The notes below the pieces were generated by a model, which was not told the origin of the DNA, searched no databases, and was given only the letters and a program-made list of their open reading frames with translations. Source: Nitrospinales bacterium (GTDB taxonomy: Bacteria > Nitrospinota > Nitrospinia > Nitrospinales > JAJDAT01). Taken from it: a stretch of 64,000 bases of DNA. Of the stretch, positions 1-9,855 are shown one piece after another. The stretch spans positions 26,822-90,821 of the forward strand of contig JBHHYO010000001.1 of NCBI GenBank assembly GCA_046757665.1, written 5' to 3'. A program made the translations under genes and the position numbers. Position 1 is the stretch's first letter. The number at the start of each line of letters is the position of its first letter.

Positions 1-582
1 GCCAGTCTTCTTGAAGCTATATTCTCTTATACGGTAGCCGTGCTTGTCGTTTTAATCCTGGCGGTCTATCTGGGAAAACTGAATGTTTATTTAGGCCCGC
101 TGGCACTGATCTTTTTTCTTGGCTGTCTTTTCCTGTCTCCCAGGCTTTTCTCAAAAGCTCTGAACCTGGGTTTATCCTTGATTAAAAAAGGGGATATCCA
201 AATCACCCTGGACATTGTGTCCCGGCTAAAAATTGCTTTTGTCTATTTGGGAGCTTTTATCTTCTGGGGCCTGGCTTTCTCCTTTTTCGTCAAATCGCTT
301 TTCCCGGTGGCGCCCAGCGAATTCGCTTATTTCACCTTGTCCTTTGTTTTCTCCAGTCTGGCCGGCATGTTGGCATTTTTTGTTCCCAAGGGAGTGGGGG
401 TCAGGGAAAGCATGTTGGTTCTCATGTTGTCACCAGTCATCGGCGAGCCGGCCGCCTTGGTGGCGGCCATCTCCTCCCGCTTATGGATTGTTTTGACGGA
501 AGCTTTCCTGATGTTTCTCAGTTATCTGGCATTTAAGCCTAAAGCGGGCAAAGCTCCAGCTTTAGAAAAAGAAACAGCGTGA
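1..582 (+). CDS. Flippase-like / LPG-synthase-TM (UPF0104) family membrane protein, 5'-truncated by window edge
   Basis: Frame 1 has no stop from nt 1, so the gene starts upstream of the window. The product is multi-TM, and the C-terminal GMLAFFVPKGVGVRESMLVLML region resembles the conserved GxGxRE segment of this family. Confidence 0.55.
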   Translation, partial: ASLLEAIFSYTVAVLVVLILAVYLGKLNVYLGPLALIFFLGCLFLSPRLFSKALNLGLSLIKKGDIQITLDIVSRLKIAFVYLGAFIFWGLAFSFFVKSLFPVAPSEFAYFTLSFVFSSLAGMLAFFVPKGVGVRESMLVLMLSPVIGEPAALVAAISSRLWIVLTEAFLMFLSYLAFKPKAGKAPALEKETA

Positions 583-606
583 GCCAAGAAATCAGGCCGT
601 ACTCTC

Positions 607-635
607 TTATGATCGGCAGGCTCCTGTGTTATATT
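607..635 (+). promoter_or_regulatory. Candidate sigma70-type promoter (weak -35 ttatga, extended -10 TGtTATATT)
   Basis: TG-n-TATATT lies at 627-635, with ttatga 17 nt upstream. It is about 50 nt before the radical SAM gene start. Sequence pattern only. Confidence 0.3.
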
Positions 636-683
636 GTGAAATTAGCGGGTAATCCTGAAACCATGAAATTTTAAGACGCTTTT

Positions 684-2243
684 TTGAATGTCATGAATAT
701 ACAAGTACTCGATCGCGAAAAAAACAGCCTGACTTTTGCGGAAACCAACACGAACAAGCCTCTGGATATTCTTCTGATTTATCCGGGAACGAAAACCGAC
801 TTCCCGCGAACCCCTTTCAGTATCATGACTCTGGCCTCATGGATTAGAAAACATGGGTACAGTGTCAAGCTTATGGACGAAAGGGTGGAGGAGATCGACT
901 GGGATTTGATTGGCGCCGCGAAGTTGATAGGAATCAGCTCAATGACGGGCCCGCAGTTGGCGGCGGCAGTTCCTTTGGCCAGGACAATAAAGGCCCGAGA
1001 GCCGGATACACCTCTTATCTGGGGCGGGCCCCATGTCTCTTTTTTTCCCGAGCAATCATGTCAATCCGATGTCGTTGACTACGTTGTTGAAGCGGAGGGA
1101 GAACCGGTTATTATTGAGCTGATGAAAAAACTTCTTGCGGGAGAGGAACCCAAAAATGTTGCGGGAGTTACCTATAAAAATCAGCAAGGGGAAATTATTT
1201 CATACCCGAAACCGCCGCAAATAGACCTGGATCTTTTGGATTTGCCTGCCTATGACATGATCGACATGAAAAAATATAATGATCTCTCGAACGGCTTGAG
1301 CTATGAGTCCAGCAGAGGATGCCCCTACCCATGCAGGTTTTGCTATGTATATACGTTTCATGACCGCAAATTTCGCGGAAAATCTCCGCAAAAAGTGCTC
1401 GATGAAGTCAAATACTTGAAAAATAAATATGGAATAAAGAAGATTTATTTTACGGAAGATTATTTGTGGACTCAAAAGAAAAGAGCGCTGGAGCAGTTTC
1501 AATTATTTATCGACAATGATTTGAATATTACCTGGGAAGGGTTTTGCCGAGCCGATTTTCTTTCAAAGGTATCGGATGAAGAAATGGAAATTATCGCAAA
1601 GAGCGGCGCGGAAATTCTAACCCTTGGTTTGGAATCCGGGTCGGAAAGAATGCTAAAACATATTCAGAAGCATATCACCCTGGATCAGGCCAAGGCGGCC
1701 ATCAAAAAATGCGTCAAACACAACATCATGACCACAAGCTCCTTCATTATTGGAATGCCCACGGAAACCGACGAGGATCTCGAAGATACTATTCGAATGT
1801 ACAATACCCTTACCAGTTACTCTGACAATATAGAAATTAACGGGTTTTTCCTTTATGCGCCTTATCCCGGCGTTCCGTTATATGACGAAGCCCTGGGAAA
1901 TGGCTACAAGAAAATGAACTCTCTGGAGGAATGGTGCCAATGGAATTACAGTGATGCTTCCAACAACGTCTGGATAGAAAAAAAACGTCTGCACCGCTTG
2001 CAAACCCTGAGCATTTTGGTGCGCTTCAAGTATTTACTGCATCGGTTCAAATATTATTCCCAAAAATCGCCTCGGTATAAAGAAAAGAAACTGAACCGCC
2101 TGTCTTTGAGAATAGCTTTTAACCTTCTTGTTCCCTTCATAAGCCGGATTGCCGATTTTCGCTGGAAGCACCGGCTGTTTTCATGGGGGTATGAATGGAG
2201 GCTCTGGAGATGGTTTGTTGCCAAACGGTTTAATATCAACTAA
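684..2243 (+). CDS. B12-binding-domain radical SAM protein (class B type)
   Basis: 519 aa. The N-terminal Rossmann-like domain (LLIYPG...LIGISSMTGP...IWGGPH) is followed by SSRGCPYPCRFC (CX3CX2C). The start is TTG 684 or ATG 693. Confidence 0.85.
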   Translation: MNVMNIQVLDREKNSLTFAETNTNKPLDILLIYPGTKTDFPRTPFSIMTLASWIRKHGYSVKLMDERVEEIDWDLIGAAKLIGISSMTGPQLAAAVPLARTIKAREPDTPLIWGGPHVSFFPEQSCQSDVVDYVVEAEGEPVIIELMKKLLAGEEPKNVAGVTYKNQQGEIISYPKPPQIDLDLLDLPAYDMIDMKKYNDLSNGLSYESSRGCPYPCRFCYVYTFHDRKFRGKSPQKVLDEVKYLKNKYGIKKIYFTEDYLWTQKKRALEQFQLFIDNDLNITWEGFCRADFLSKVSDEEMEIIAKSGAEILTLGLESGSERMLKHIQKHITLDQAKAAIKKCVKHNIMTTSSFIIGMPTETDEDLEDTIRMYNTLTSYSDNIEINGFFLYAPYPGVPLYDEALGNGYKKMNSLEEWCQWNYSDASNNVWIEKKRLHRLQTLSILVRFKYLLHRFKYYSQKSPRYKEKKLNRLSLRIAFNLLVPFISRIADFRWKHRLFSWGYEWRLWRWFVAKRFNIN

Positions 2244-3249
2244 AGTTATTTCTCAAACTCGTCAATCCAAAAAAGTTTCAAGCCTAGTGAACCTTCCGTT
2301 CGAGCCCATTCAAAAACCCTGCATTTTTATTACCTCGGGAGGCCGGACAGGCACTTTTTTCCTTTCAAAATTACTGGCGGTCGCCGTTCATGACTGCCAT
2401 TCCGTTCAAGAACCCGATGTCCTTCGCGTGGATCAACCACTAATCAGTTTCAACGATAGGGAAAACTGGTATCAAAAAGCCCGGGATTTTGGTTTTTTCA
2501 GTATGGTTTTTGGAAAGTTTACTACCCTGGGCAGTGCCAGAGGGTTGTCTCTGGCCCGGCAAACAAATAAAATCGATGCCGTCTCTGCCGCCGCCAGGCT
2601 CCACCATCTTCGAAACCGTTACATTTGCCGGCTGGAAAAGTCCGTCTTTGCCGAATGTAATTTACAACTGGCAGGTTTGATTGATATTATTCCACTGGTT
2701 TTTCCAAACTCAAAAACGGTCTTCATGATTCGTGATGGGCGTAACTGGGTTCGTTCCTGGCTCAACCTGTCCAACACCCCTTATGGCAAAAAGGATCCCC
2801 TTTATTACCTTCTTTCCGGCCGCCCCAAGGCTCAAATGATTCCCGATGATCCTTTTCGCAACCAATGGGAAAGATTTTCGCAATTTCAGCGGACCTGTTG
2901 GGCGTGGCGTTTCCACATCGAGTACGCGATAAAGTCGATCAAAGCAAATCCTCATGCAAAACTCGTAAAATATGAGGACCTGTTCGAGGGCGCTCACCAA
3001 AAGGAATCCATAAACAATTTGTTAAAATATGTAACGGTTTTCCCAGATGGCTATCAAGCGGAATATCGATACAATGGAGAACTGTCAGGAAAAAAATTCC
3101 ACGAATCCAGGCTCAACCAGCTTCCAAAGTGGGAAAACTGGTCCCCGGACCAGGTTAGGGAATTCCAGGAAGTTTGTGGCGATTTTTTGATTCAGCAAGG
3201 CTATGGGAAAGAACCTCAATGGCAGGAAATGACGGCCAAGGCTACATAG
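2191..3249 (+). CDS. Sulfotransferase-like protein
   Basis: This is ORF 2149..3249. Its 5' end overlaps the preceding gene, so I placed the start at ATG 2191; GTG 2290 is also possible. IFITSGGRTGTFFL resembles the PAPS 5'-phosphosulfate-binding loop, and VFMIRDGRNWVRS resembles the 3'-phosphate-binding R-x7-S motif. It sits in an operon context with PAPS-synthesis genes. Confidence 0.55.
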   Translation: MNGGSGDGLLPNGLISTKVISQTRQSKKVSSLVNLPFEPIQKPCIFITSGGRTGTFFLSKLLAVAVHDCHSVQEPDVLRVDQPLISFNDRENWYQKARDFGFFSMVFGKFTTLGSARGLSLARQTNKIDAVSAAARLHHLRNRYICRLEKSVFAECNLQLAGLIDIIPLVFPNSKTVFMIRDGRNWVRSWLNLSNTPYGKKDPLYYLLSGRPKAQMIPDDPFRNQWERFSQFQRTCWAWRFHIEYAIKSIKANPHAKLVKYEDLFEGAHQKESINNLLKYVTVFPDGYQAEYRYNGELSGKKFHESRLNQLPKWENWSPDQVREFQEVCGDFLIQQGYGKEPQWQEMTAKAT

Positions 3250-3282
3250 GAGCTTGCAACCGGTCTCGTTGCGCGAAAAAGA

Positions 3283-3861
3283 GTGAGCAATTATCTTTCC
3301 ATGAAATTCCGGTATAATGAATGGCTCAGGGAATTTTTTTATCTGTTCAAGCCGTTCTTTGACGATAACATCAATGCCTCTTACACGCTTTTCAATCTTT
3401 TTCTTTTGATCCCTTTTTTGAGAATTTGGATTTTTCGCCTTAAAGTCAGCCGCACGGGGAAAAACTTGAAATTGAAATATCCCGTTTATGTGCAAAACGG
3501 CAGAAATATTTCATTAGGAGACAACGCCACCTTCGGTAGCGGTTGCCATATCCAGGCGGGTAGGAAAAGCGTCATCAAAATAGGAAACAACCTGACTTGC
3601 GGACCGGGGGCTATGATTTTTGCGGCAAGCCATGGCTCCAGGAAAGGCGAATTGATCAAGTACCAGGATTTGGTGGAAAAAGATATTGTCATGGGAGACG
3701 ATGTGTTTTTGGGGGCGGGTTCGGTGGTTTTGGAAGGCACCACCCTGGCCGACGGCACCCTTGTGGGAGCGAACTCCGTTGTGGGCCCCAATTTCAAAAA
3801 CGAGCCTTTTGAAATTCTTCAGGGCGTTCCCGCAAAACTTAAGAGAAAGAGAAAGGCCTGA
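3283..3861 (+). CDS. Hexapeptide-repeat (left-handed beta-helix) O-acetyltransferase
   Basis: It shows hexapeptide periodicity (GDDVFLGAGSVVLEGTTLADGTLVGANSVV). The architecture is WcaF/maltose-acetyltransferase-like, with a hydrophobic N-terminal segment. Confidence 0.8.
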   Translation: MSNYLSMKFRYNEWLREFFYLFKPFFDDNINASYTLFNLFLLIPFLRIWIFRLKVSRTGKNLKLKYPVYVQNGRNISLGDNATFGSGCHIQAGRKSVIKIGNNLTCGPGAMIFAASHGSRKGELIKYQDLVEKDIVMGDDVFLGAGSVVLEGTTLADGTLVGANSVVGPNFKNEPFEILQGVPAKLKRKRKA

Positions 3862-3963
3862 TTCCCTGGTTTTCCTGCGGGCACCCTATTCCACTGGGGA
3901 CAACAAGCCACCGCGAAATCGAATGACCTCGGTCAACCTCTACAGAAATAGTCTGTTTCCGTA

Positions 3964-4509
3964 ATGCAAAAAAAAGCGATTGTATTGTGGTTCACGGGGA
4001 TGTCGGGGGCGGGCAAATCGACCATTGCCGAACTGGCGGCTGAACGATTAAAATCCGAAGGGTTTAAAGCATCCGTCATAGACGGCGATCAGGTTCGCAA
4101 AAATCTTCATAAGCACCTTTCGTTTTCCAGGGAAGATATTCTGGAAAATAATCGGTTGATCGCCCAATTATGCGCGCAACATCTTTCAGGTTTTGATGTT
4201 ATTCTGGTCCCCATCATATCTCCCTACGCTCTGGGCAGGCGACGGGCGCGGGAAATCATCGGCGATACCTTTTTCGAAGTTTACATCAAAGCCTCGTTGG
4301 AGGAGCTTATCAAGAGAGATACAAAAGGTCTGTATCAAAAAAGTATGGAAGGAAAAATGGACGACTTAATCGGGTTTTCTCCGAAAAGCCCCTATGAAGA
4401 ACCCCAGTCCCCCGACCTCTCAATCAATACCGATCGGGAAAATCCTCAAAACAATGTCGAAAAATTGATGGAATCCGTGCGCCGGTGGATGAAGCGCCCC
4501 ACACACTGA
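3964..4509 (+). CDS. cysC: Adenylyl-sulfate (APS) kinase
   Basis: It has the Walker A motif WFTGMSGAGKSTIA, is 181 aa long, and the remainder is collinear with CysC (LDGDxVR-like VIDGDQVRKNL). Confidence 0.92.
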   Translation: MQKKAIVLWFTGMSGAGKSTIAELAAERLKSEGFKASVIDGDQVRKNLHKHLSFSREDILENNRLIAQLCAQHLSGFDVILVPIISPYALGRRRAREIIGDTFFEVYIKASLEELIKRDTKGLYQKSMEGKMDDLIGFSPKSPYEEPQSPDLSINTDRENPQNNVEKLMESVRRWMKRPTH

Positions 4510-4577
4510 CGATACCGTCGAAATGAACGGAAAATCTTTCCCCAAAGGCTTCTCACTCAATTCCTGGAACTAATTTC

Positions 4578-6761
4578 ATGAGCAAAGAAATTCTGTGCAC
4601 CCTGGGGCCGGCCTCATTGAAGAAAACCGTATTGCAACGGATGAACGATCTGCCGGTCACCTTGTTTCGAATTAACCTTTCCCACACCTCGCTCGACGAC
4701 CTCAGCGAAAATATCCGGCTGATTCAAAGCATAAGCGACAAGCCCCTCTGTATCGACACCGAGGGGCCTCAGATAAGGACGGGGAAGGTGGCCGAGGGGC
4801 GGGTCTTGCTCCAGGAGGGGAGCTTTTTAACGATTCATCGAGAAAGCGTCCCGGGGAATGCCCAGGAAGTAGCTTTCTATCCCGCGGTAGCCATCGACCA
4901 GATTCAACGGTTCGATTTCATTTCCATAGACACGCACGGTGTCATGGTCCAGGTTGTAGAAAAGAAAGACGGTCGGTTGCGCGCAAAAGTAATCACGGAG
5001 GGTTTTATAGGGAGCAACAAAGCCGTTACGGTGGCGAACCGTTCGGTGATTTTGAATTCGCTGACGCAAAAAGATGAAAAAGCCATCCAAATCGCCGGTC
5101 ATTTCGGTATCAGGCATTTCGCCCTCTCATTTGCGAGTCGCCGGGAAGATGTCCTTGAATTGCGGCGGTTGACGGGGAAAAACAGCACGCTCATTGCAAA
5201 AATAGAGAACCGCTCCGGCGTCGATCATGTCGAATCCATCGCCAGGGAATCCGACGCCATTCTCATCGACAGGGGGGACCTCTCCCGCGAGGAACCCATC
5301 GAGGCCATTCCGCTTCTTCAAAAACACATCATCCAGGCGGCAAAAAAAGTGGGGACAAAGGTTTACGTGGCGACCAACCTTCTGGAATCCATGGTAACCC
5401 AGGCAAAACCCACCCGCGCCGAGGTAAACGATGTCTTCAACACTTTAATTGACGGTGCGGATGGCCTTGTCCTGGCGGCGGAGACCGCTATTGGAAGTAA
5501 TCCCGTGGGATGCGTGAACATGATTTCCAAGCTGATTCACCAGTATGACAATTACTCCAAATTCGGCATTCAAACGATCAAATATGACAAACGGTCTCTG
5601 TTGATTGAACCTCACGGAGGTTCCCTGATTAACCGGTTTTTAGAAAATCCCGATATCGATGAAATCGGCAGGCTTCCCTGTTTGACGGTGGACGAAAAAA
5701 TCGTTTTGGATTGTGAACAGATCGCCTTTGGCGTGTATTCTCCTTTACAGGGTTTTATGAACCGGGAGGAGGTTGAAAATGTTTTGGATCATTATCATCT
5801 GCCCAGCGGCGATGTCTGGACTTTACCCATCGTTTTTCAAATTCCAAAAGAACGGGCGGCAAAACTTAAGCCGGGCGACACGGTGGCCCTGTTTAACGAA
5901 ACTTTGAACGAGCGGTTTGCCCTTCTGCACCTGGAAGAAATATTTTCGCTGGATTTGGATTCCCTCGCCAAGCGGATGTTCGGCACGGATTCATCCGACC
6001 ATCCGGGAGTGGATCAGGTAAAAAATGCGGGGAATACGTTTCTCGGCGGCAAAATCGACTTGATCAAGGTCCCGGAAAAACCGTCTCAAACGACGCCTTA
6101 CATTTTAAGGCCGGCGGATACACGCATGATTTTTGAACAAAAAAACTGGTTTCGGATCGTTGGTTTCCACACCCGGAACGTCATCCACCGGGGGCATGAA
6201 TTTATTCAAATGAAAGCCCTCAACGATCACTATTGCGACGGTTTGTTTATCAGCCCCGTTATCGGCCCCAAGAAGAAAAACGACTTCCAAAGCGAAGTCG
6301 TGCTCCACGCTTATCAGACCATGGTGGATTGCAATCTGTATCCCAAAAACAAAGTTCTGATAGGCGCCTTCCTGACTTATCCGCGCTATGCCGGCCCTCG
6401 GGAAGCGGTGTTTACGGCCCTTTGTCGAAAAAATTTCGGATGTTCTCATTTTATCATTGGGCGTGACCATGCCGGCGTCAAAGACTTTTATCATGCTACG
6501 GCATCCGCTCGTTTCTTCGATGATCTGGGAGATATCGGCATCGAACCGGTTTTTTTCGATGAGGTTGTCTATTGCCGCCAATGCAAGACGCATCGGTTGT
6601 CTTGCAACCATTCGGAGACGGATGTCCAGCGCATCAGTGGTTCCCAGGTCAGGCAAACCTTTTGTGAAGGCAAGAGCTTTCCCTCCTGGTTGTTGCGTGA
6701 GGAAATATCGGAGATTTTGAGCAAGGCAAGGAAGACCGGCAAACAAATCTTTGTAACGTAA
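4578..6761 (+). CDS. sat: Fusion protein: pyruvate-kinase-like barrel domain (aa 1 to about 330) + ATP sulfurylase (sulfate adenylyltransferase, aa about 340-727)
   Basis: PK motifs are all present: ILCTLGPAS, FRINLSHTS, DTEGPQIRTG, IAKIENRSG, DRGDLSRE, KPTRAEVNDV and AAETAIGSNP. The sulfurylase part has LIEPHGGSL, SPLQGFM, HTRNVIHRGHE (a variant of QTRNPxHRxH) and IGRDHAG. Confidence 0.85.
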   Translation: MSKEILCTLGPASLKKTVLQRMNDLPVTLFRINLSHTSLDDLSENIRLIQSISDKPLCIDTEGPQIRTGKVAEGRVLLQEGSFLTIHRESVPGNAQEVAFYPAVAIDQIQRFDFISIDTHGVMVQVVEKKDGRLRAKVITEGFIGSNKAVTVANRSVILNSLTQKDEKAIQIAGHFGIRHFALSFASRREDVLELRRLTGKNSTLIAKIENRSGVDHVESIARESDAILIDRGDLSREEPIEAIPLLQKHIIQAAKKVGTKVYVATNLLESMVTQAKPTRAEVNDVFNTLIDGADGLVLAAETAIGSNPVGCVNMISKLIHQYDNYSKFGIQTIKYDKRSLLIEPHGGSLINRFLENPDIDEIGRLPCLTVDEKIVLDCEQIAFGVYSPLQGFMNREEVENVLDHYHLPSGDVWTLPIVFQIPKERAAKLKPGDTVALFNETLNERFALLHLEEIFSLDLDSLAKRMFGTDSSDHPGVDQVKNAGNTFLGGKIDLIKVPEKPSQTTPYILRPADTRMIFEQKNWFRIVGFHTRNVIHRGHEFIQMKALNDHYCDGLFISPVIGPKKKNDFQSEVVLHAYQTMVDCNLYPKNKVLIGAFLTYPRYAGPREAVFTALCRKNFGCSHFIIGRDHAGVKDFYHATASARFFDDLGDIGIEPVFFDEVVYCRQCKTHRLSCNHSETDVQRISGSQVRQTFCEGKSFPSWLLREEISEILSKARKTGKQIFVT

Positions 6762-6762
6762 T

Positions 6763-8772
6763 ATGATCGTCCCCGGCTTGTTTCTCACGGTTGTCATTGG
6801 TTATTTGCTGGTGGTTTCGTTAAATCCCTCCTCAGGCGCCGGTGAGCGTCTCAGCCTGTCGGCGCCTTTCGGCCTGGGGTGTACCACCCTGGTTATTTGG
6901 GTTCTGCTTGCGCTTCACCTTCCCCTTTCGCCAACCTCGCTGATGACTGCCCAGATGTCCCTTGCCGCCGGCCTGCTGTACCTCGCCTGCCGAACGAAAA
7001 CCATAGCTCTGTCATCGAGCCGTCCGGTCTTTCCCAAGGTTAATGCGGGTTTGATTCTCATTCTCTTGCTGGTGGGAGCCGGACTGGTGTTCAATATTTT
7101 TTTTCCTATAACCGTGTCCGACGGCATTGGCTATAAAATCCATGGGATCGTTGCGGTGGACAAAAAAAATCTCATGGCTTTTGAGGACGTCTTGCATATT
7201 GGCGACCAAAACAGAACGCTGGGGTTTCAATTAATCTCGGGATTTTTTTATTTGTTTGATTTTGATTACCCCAAGCTGGTCCAGTCCGTATTCTACGCAA
7301 GTATGTTGGGATTCTTTTATGTCTCGATTCGCAAATTCATGGACTCCGGCCCGGCGAGGGGTATGACCCTGCTATTGGCGACCGCTCCCATGGTTTGGTG
7401 GCAATCCTTTTTGTATCTGAACAATCTTTCGTCGGGGGTTTATTTTTTGTGCGGAACTTTATACTGGTTTTTCGCCATTCATTACAAACAACCGCGCTAC
7501 ATGTTGATTGCATCGTTTGCATTCATGCTTGCCGCCTGGACGAGGTATGAACTCATCGTAATGTATATGATCCCGCTGGCGTTCACCTTTTTCCTGTCCG
7601 CAAAAAACAGGCAGGCCAGGCCTGCTTTATTGCTTTTGATTTTTCCCCTGATTTTTTCGGGCGCATGGGCCGCCCATAGTTTCGCTTACTACCCTGAAAT
7701 GAAGCGCTCCGCCCACTATTTTTATATTTTTTTATTTCTGCTTTCGAGCGGCATTATTTTCGGCGTTATTCATGCGTTGCAGATCAGGCTTCGGCTCGTT
7801 ATGGGAGCCATAGTTGCCGTTATCGCGTCAGCCGCCGTCTTCGTGATTTTTAATGAGCTTTTTCAGGATAAAATTGTGCTGTTGCAACGTGTGCTACTGG
7901 CCAAACTTCTCAACAATACGATGGTTCAGTGCGTTTGGGGGTTGGGGATTTTGCTGGTATTGCTTGTTCCCGTCTATTACAGAGGGTTTCAGCCGGCCCA
8001 AAAATACCTGTTGTTCAATTTAATTTCTTTATTCATGGGCTTCACCCTTCTCTTTTCGTTAGTTACCATGGGACACCCCATGCTGGACGAACCCGTCGTT
8101 GAAAGAATAAAGTTCTTCCTCGAGTTTCCGGGCAGGATTGCGGTGAGAACGTCCAGCCGGGAGTTTTTTATATTATTTCCTTCCCTGCTGTTCATGTTGG
8201 GGACGACGATTTATCAGAGCAATCTGACCTCAAAAGTTGCCCTGTCTTTTAAAAAGTCCTTGTTCAAAAACAGTTTGTTTAGCGGTCTCAATTGTTTGGT
8301 CGTGGGGAATTTGCTTCTGATCTCCGTAGTTTTTCTGATTCCAAGGGCCGTTTTTATGAAAAACCATTTTGGAGAATCTCATTCCGAGTTGGAGAGAACC
8401 GGCGGCCCAAGAGATATTCCCAACCTTTATCAGCCAACATACATTATTGCTCATGCCGTTTCCCGGCATACTCCAGAGGACTCCGTTGTTCTTTTCCCCT
8501 TTCCCTATGGAGCGCTGACCTTTAAAAAAGAGCCCTATAATTCTCTTGGTTTGTTTGCCGGCGCTGACGCCCTGTATCCCCGGGTCCTGTTTTGGGGAAA
8601 AGCGGAGCTTGACAAAATCAGGAAATCATTTCCAAATAAGCGAATTTACCGAGTGACCTATCCGGGCTGGTTGGACAATCAATGCAAAAACCATCCCGAT
8701 GGAAAATCCCTGGAGTACCATGAATGGTATCTTTGCCCCATTGACGGGCGCAATCTACGCCCTGAGGGATAA
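6763..8772 (+). CDS. Large polytopic membrane protein of unknown family (possible GT-C-type transferase/polymerase) with a C-terminal soluble domain
   Basis: 669 aa with more than 12 hydrophobic segments. The ATG lies 1 nt after the sat stop (TAAT ATG), which indicates operon membership. I recognised no diagnostic motif. Confidence 0.65.
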   Translation: MIVPGLFLTVVIGYLLVVSLNPSSGAGERLSLSAPFGLGCTTLVIWVLLALHLPLSPTSLMTAQMSLAAGLLYLACRTKTIALSSSRPVFPKVNAGLILILLLVGAGLVFNIFFPITVSDGIGYKIHGIVAVDKKNLMAFEDVLHIGDQNRTLGFQLISGFFYLFDFDYPKLVQSVFYASMLGFFYVSIRKFMDSGPARGMTLLLATAPMVWWQSFLYLNNLSSGVYFLCGTLYWFFAIHYKQPRYMLIASFAFMLAAWTRYELIVMYMIPLAFTFFLSAKNRQARPALLLLIFPLIFSGAWAAHSFAYYPEMKRSAHYFYIFLFLLSSGIIFGVIHALQIRLRLVMGAIVAVIASAAVFVIFNELFQDKIVLLQRVLLAKLLNNTMVQCVWGLGILLVLLVPVYYRGFQPAQKYLLFNLISLFMGFTLLFSLVTMGHPMLDEPVVERIKFFLEFPGRIAVRTSSREFFILFPSLLFMLGTTIYQSNLTSKVALSFKKSLFKNSLFSGLNCLVVGNLLLISVVFLIPRAVFMKNHFGESHSELERTGGPRDIPNLYQPTYIIAHAVSRHTPEDSVVLFPFPYGALTFKKEPYNSLGLFAGADALYPRVLFWGKAELDKIRKSFPNKRIYRVTYPGWLDNQCKNHPDGKSLEYHEWYLCPIDGRNLRPEG

Positions 8773-8822
8773 CTCAAACCCCTCCTCAAGCTTTCGCATT
8801 TCGACAGGGTATAAAAAGATTT

Positions 8823-9845
8823 TTAGACGGAAGGATGGGCGGGAGCTTTAAATGCTTCTTTTGCCTCGCGGTAAAGCTGTTCCCGGCGGTGCGTGTGTTT
8901 CGCCGAAAAATGGAAGACCGTCAGGTTTTTTACCGCGGCCATTTTCGCCAGCGTGCCGGCTTGTTTCGAGGTTAAATGGCACCGCTCCCGGCCACGCTCC
9001 TCTTCCTCGGCGAGGAAGGGCGACTCGCAAAAAAACCGGTCCGCGCCGCGAACCAGCTCCACGATTCTTGCGCTGTTCTCTTTATTGAATACCGTGTCCG
9101 TGACATAACCGATCTTTTGCCCGGGAGAAATGAGGACCAAATCCTCCCGCAACTCTCCCAGGGCATATTGCCGGTTCACCACTTTCCCGTTGGCGCTTAC
9201 CGGCACGGACACCAATTCTTCATCCGGCCGCTTTTGGTGGATCATTTGTTTCAGCTCGTTCAACCAGGAGCCGGGAACGAAGTCCCGGGCATCCAGACGT
9301 TCTTTCCGGACATTGACGTGGAACTTCTCGGTCAACGTAAAACCCAGACAAGGCACGCGGTGTTCCAGAATAGCCGCATGAACGGCAAACGAAGGCTCGT
9401 CCCATAACAGACCCTTCACAAAAGGCTCCCGGCACTCACCGGTTTTTTCAAACCGGTCGACAGCCCGAAACGTTGCCCGCAACAACTCCTCCTGCCTCAC
9501 CTCCACCACCTGTAGCGTGATCGACTCCGCATAGCGGTCTACCAGGTTCCAGGTGAATCCCGCCAGTTTCCCCTGCACGTTGGCGATGAAATTCTCAGGG
9601 CCGTATAAACAGATCGTTTTGTTTCGGCCAAAACACACCCGAAGCAACTGGTCGAATCCGATGAAATGGTCGATATGAGTATGACTGACAAAAACGTGCG
9701 TCACATTCAGCAGGGTTTTGTTGGTGATGCGCGACAAATTTCCCAGGTCGAACAACAGGACGCGGCTCTCGTACAAAAACTGCACCAGAAGCCCCGGGTC
9801 GCCGAACGGATCGTTAACCAGTTTTGGATGAAAAATCGGTTTCAT
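8823..9845 (-). CDS. MBL-fold metallo-hydrolase (RNase Z / ElaC-like)
   Basis: It carries the HxHxDH motif VFVSHTHIDHFIGF. I moved the start to the internal ATG 9845 (MKPIFHPK) because the upstream 16 codons lie inside the prfB 3' end and hairpin. Confidence 0.8.
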   Translation of the reverse strand: MKPIFHPKLVNDPFGDPGLLVQFLYESRVLLFDLGNLSRITNKTLLNVTHVFVSHTHIDHFIGFDQLLRVCFGRNKTICLYGPENFIANVQGKLAGFTWNLVDRYAESITLQVVEVRQEELLRATFRAVDRFEKTGECREPFVKGLLWDEPSFAVHAAILEHRVPCLGFTLTEKFHVNVRKERLDARDFVPGSWLNELKQMIHQKRPDEELVSVPVSANGKVVNRQYALGELREDLVLISPGQKIGYVTDTVFNKENSARIVELVRGADRFFCESPFLAEEEERGRERCHLTSKQAGTLAKMAAVKNLTVFHFSAKHTHRREQLYREAKEAFKAPAHPSV

Positions 9846-9855
9846 AGTCAGTTGA

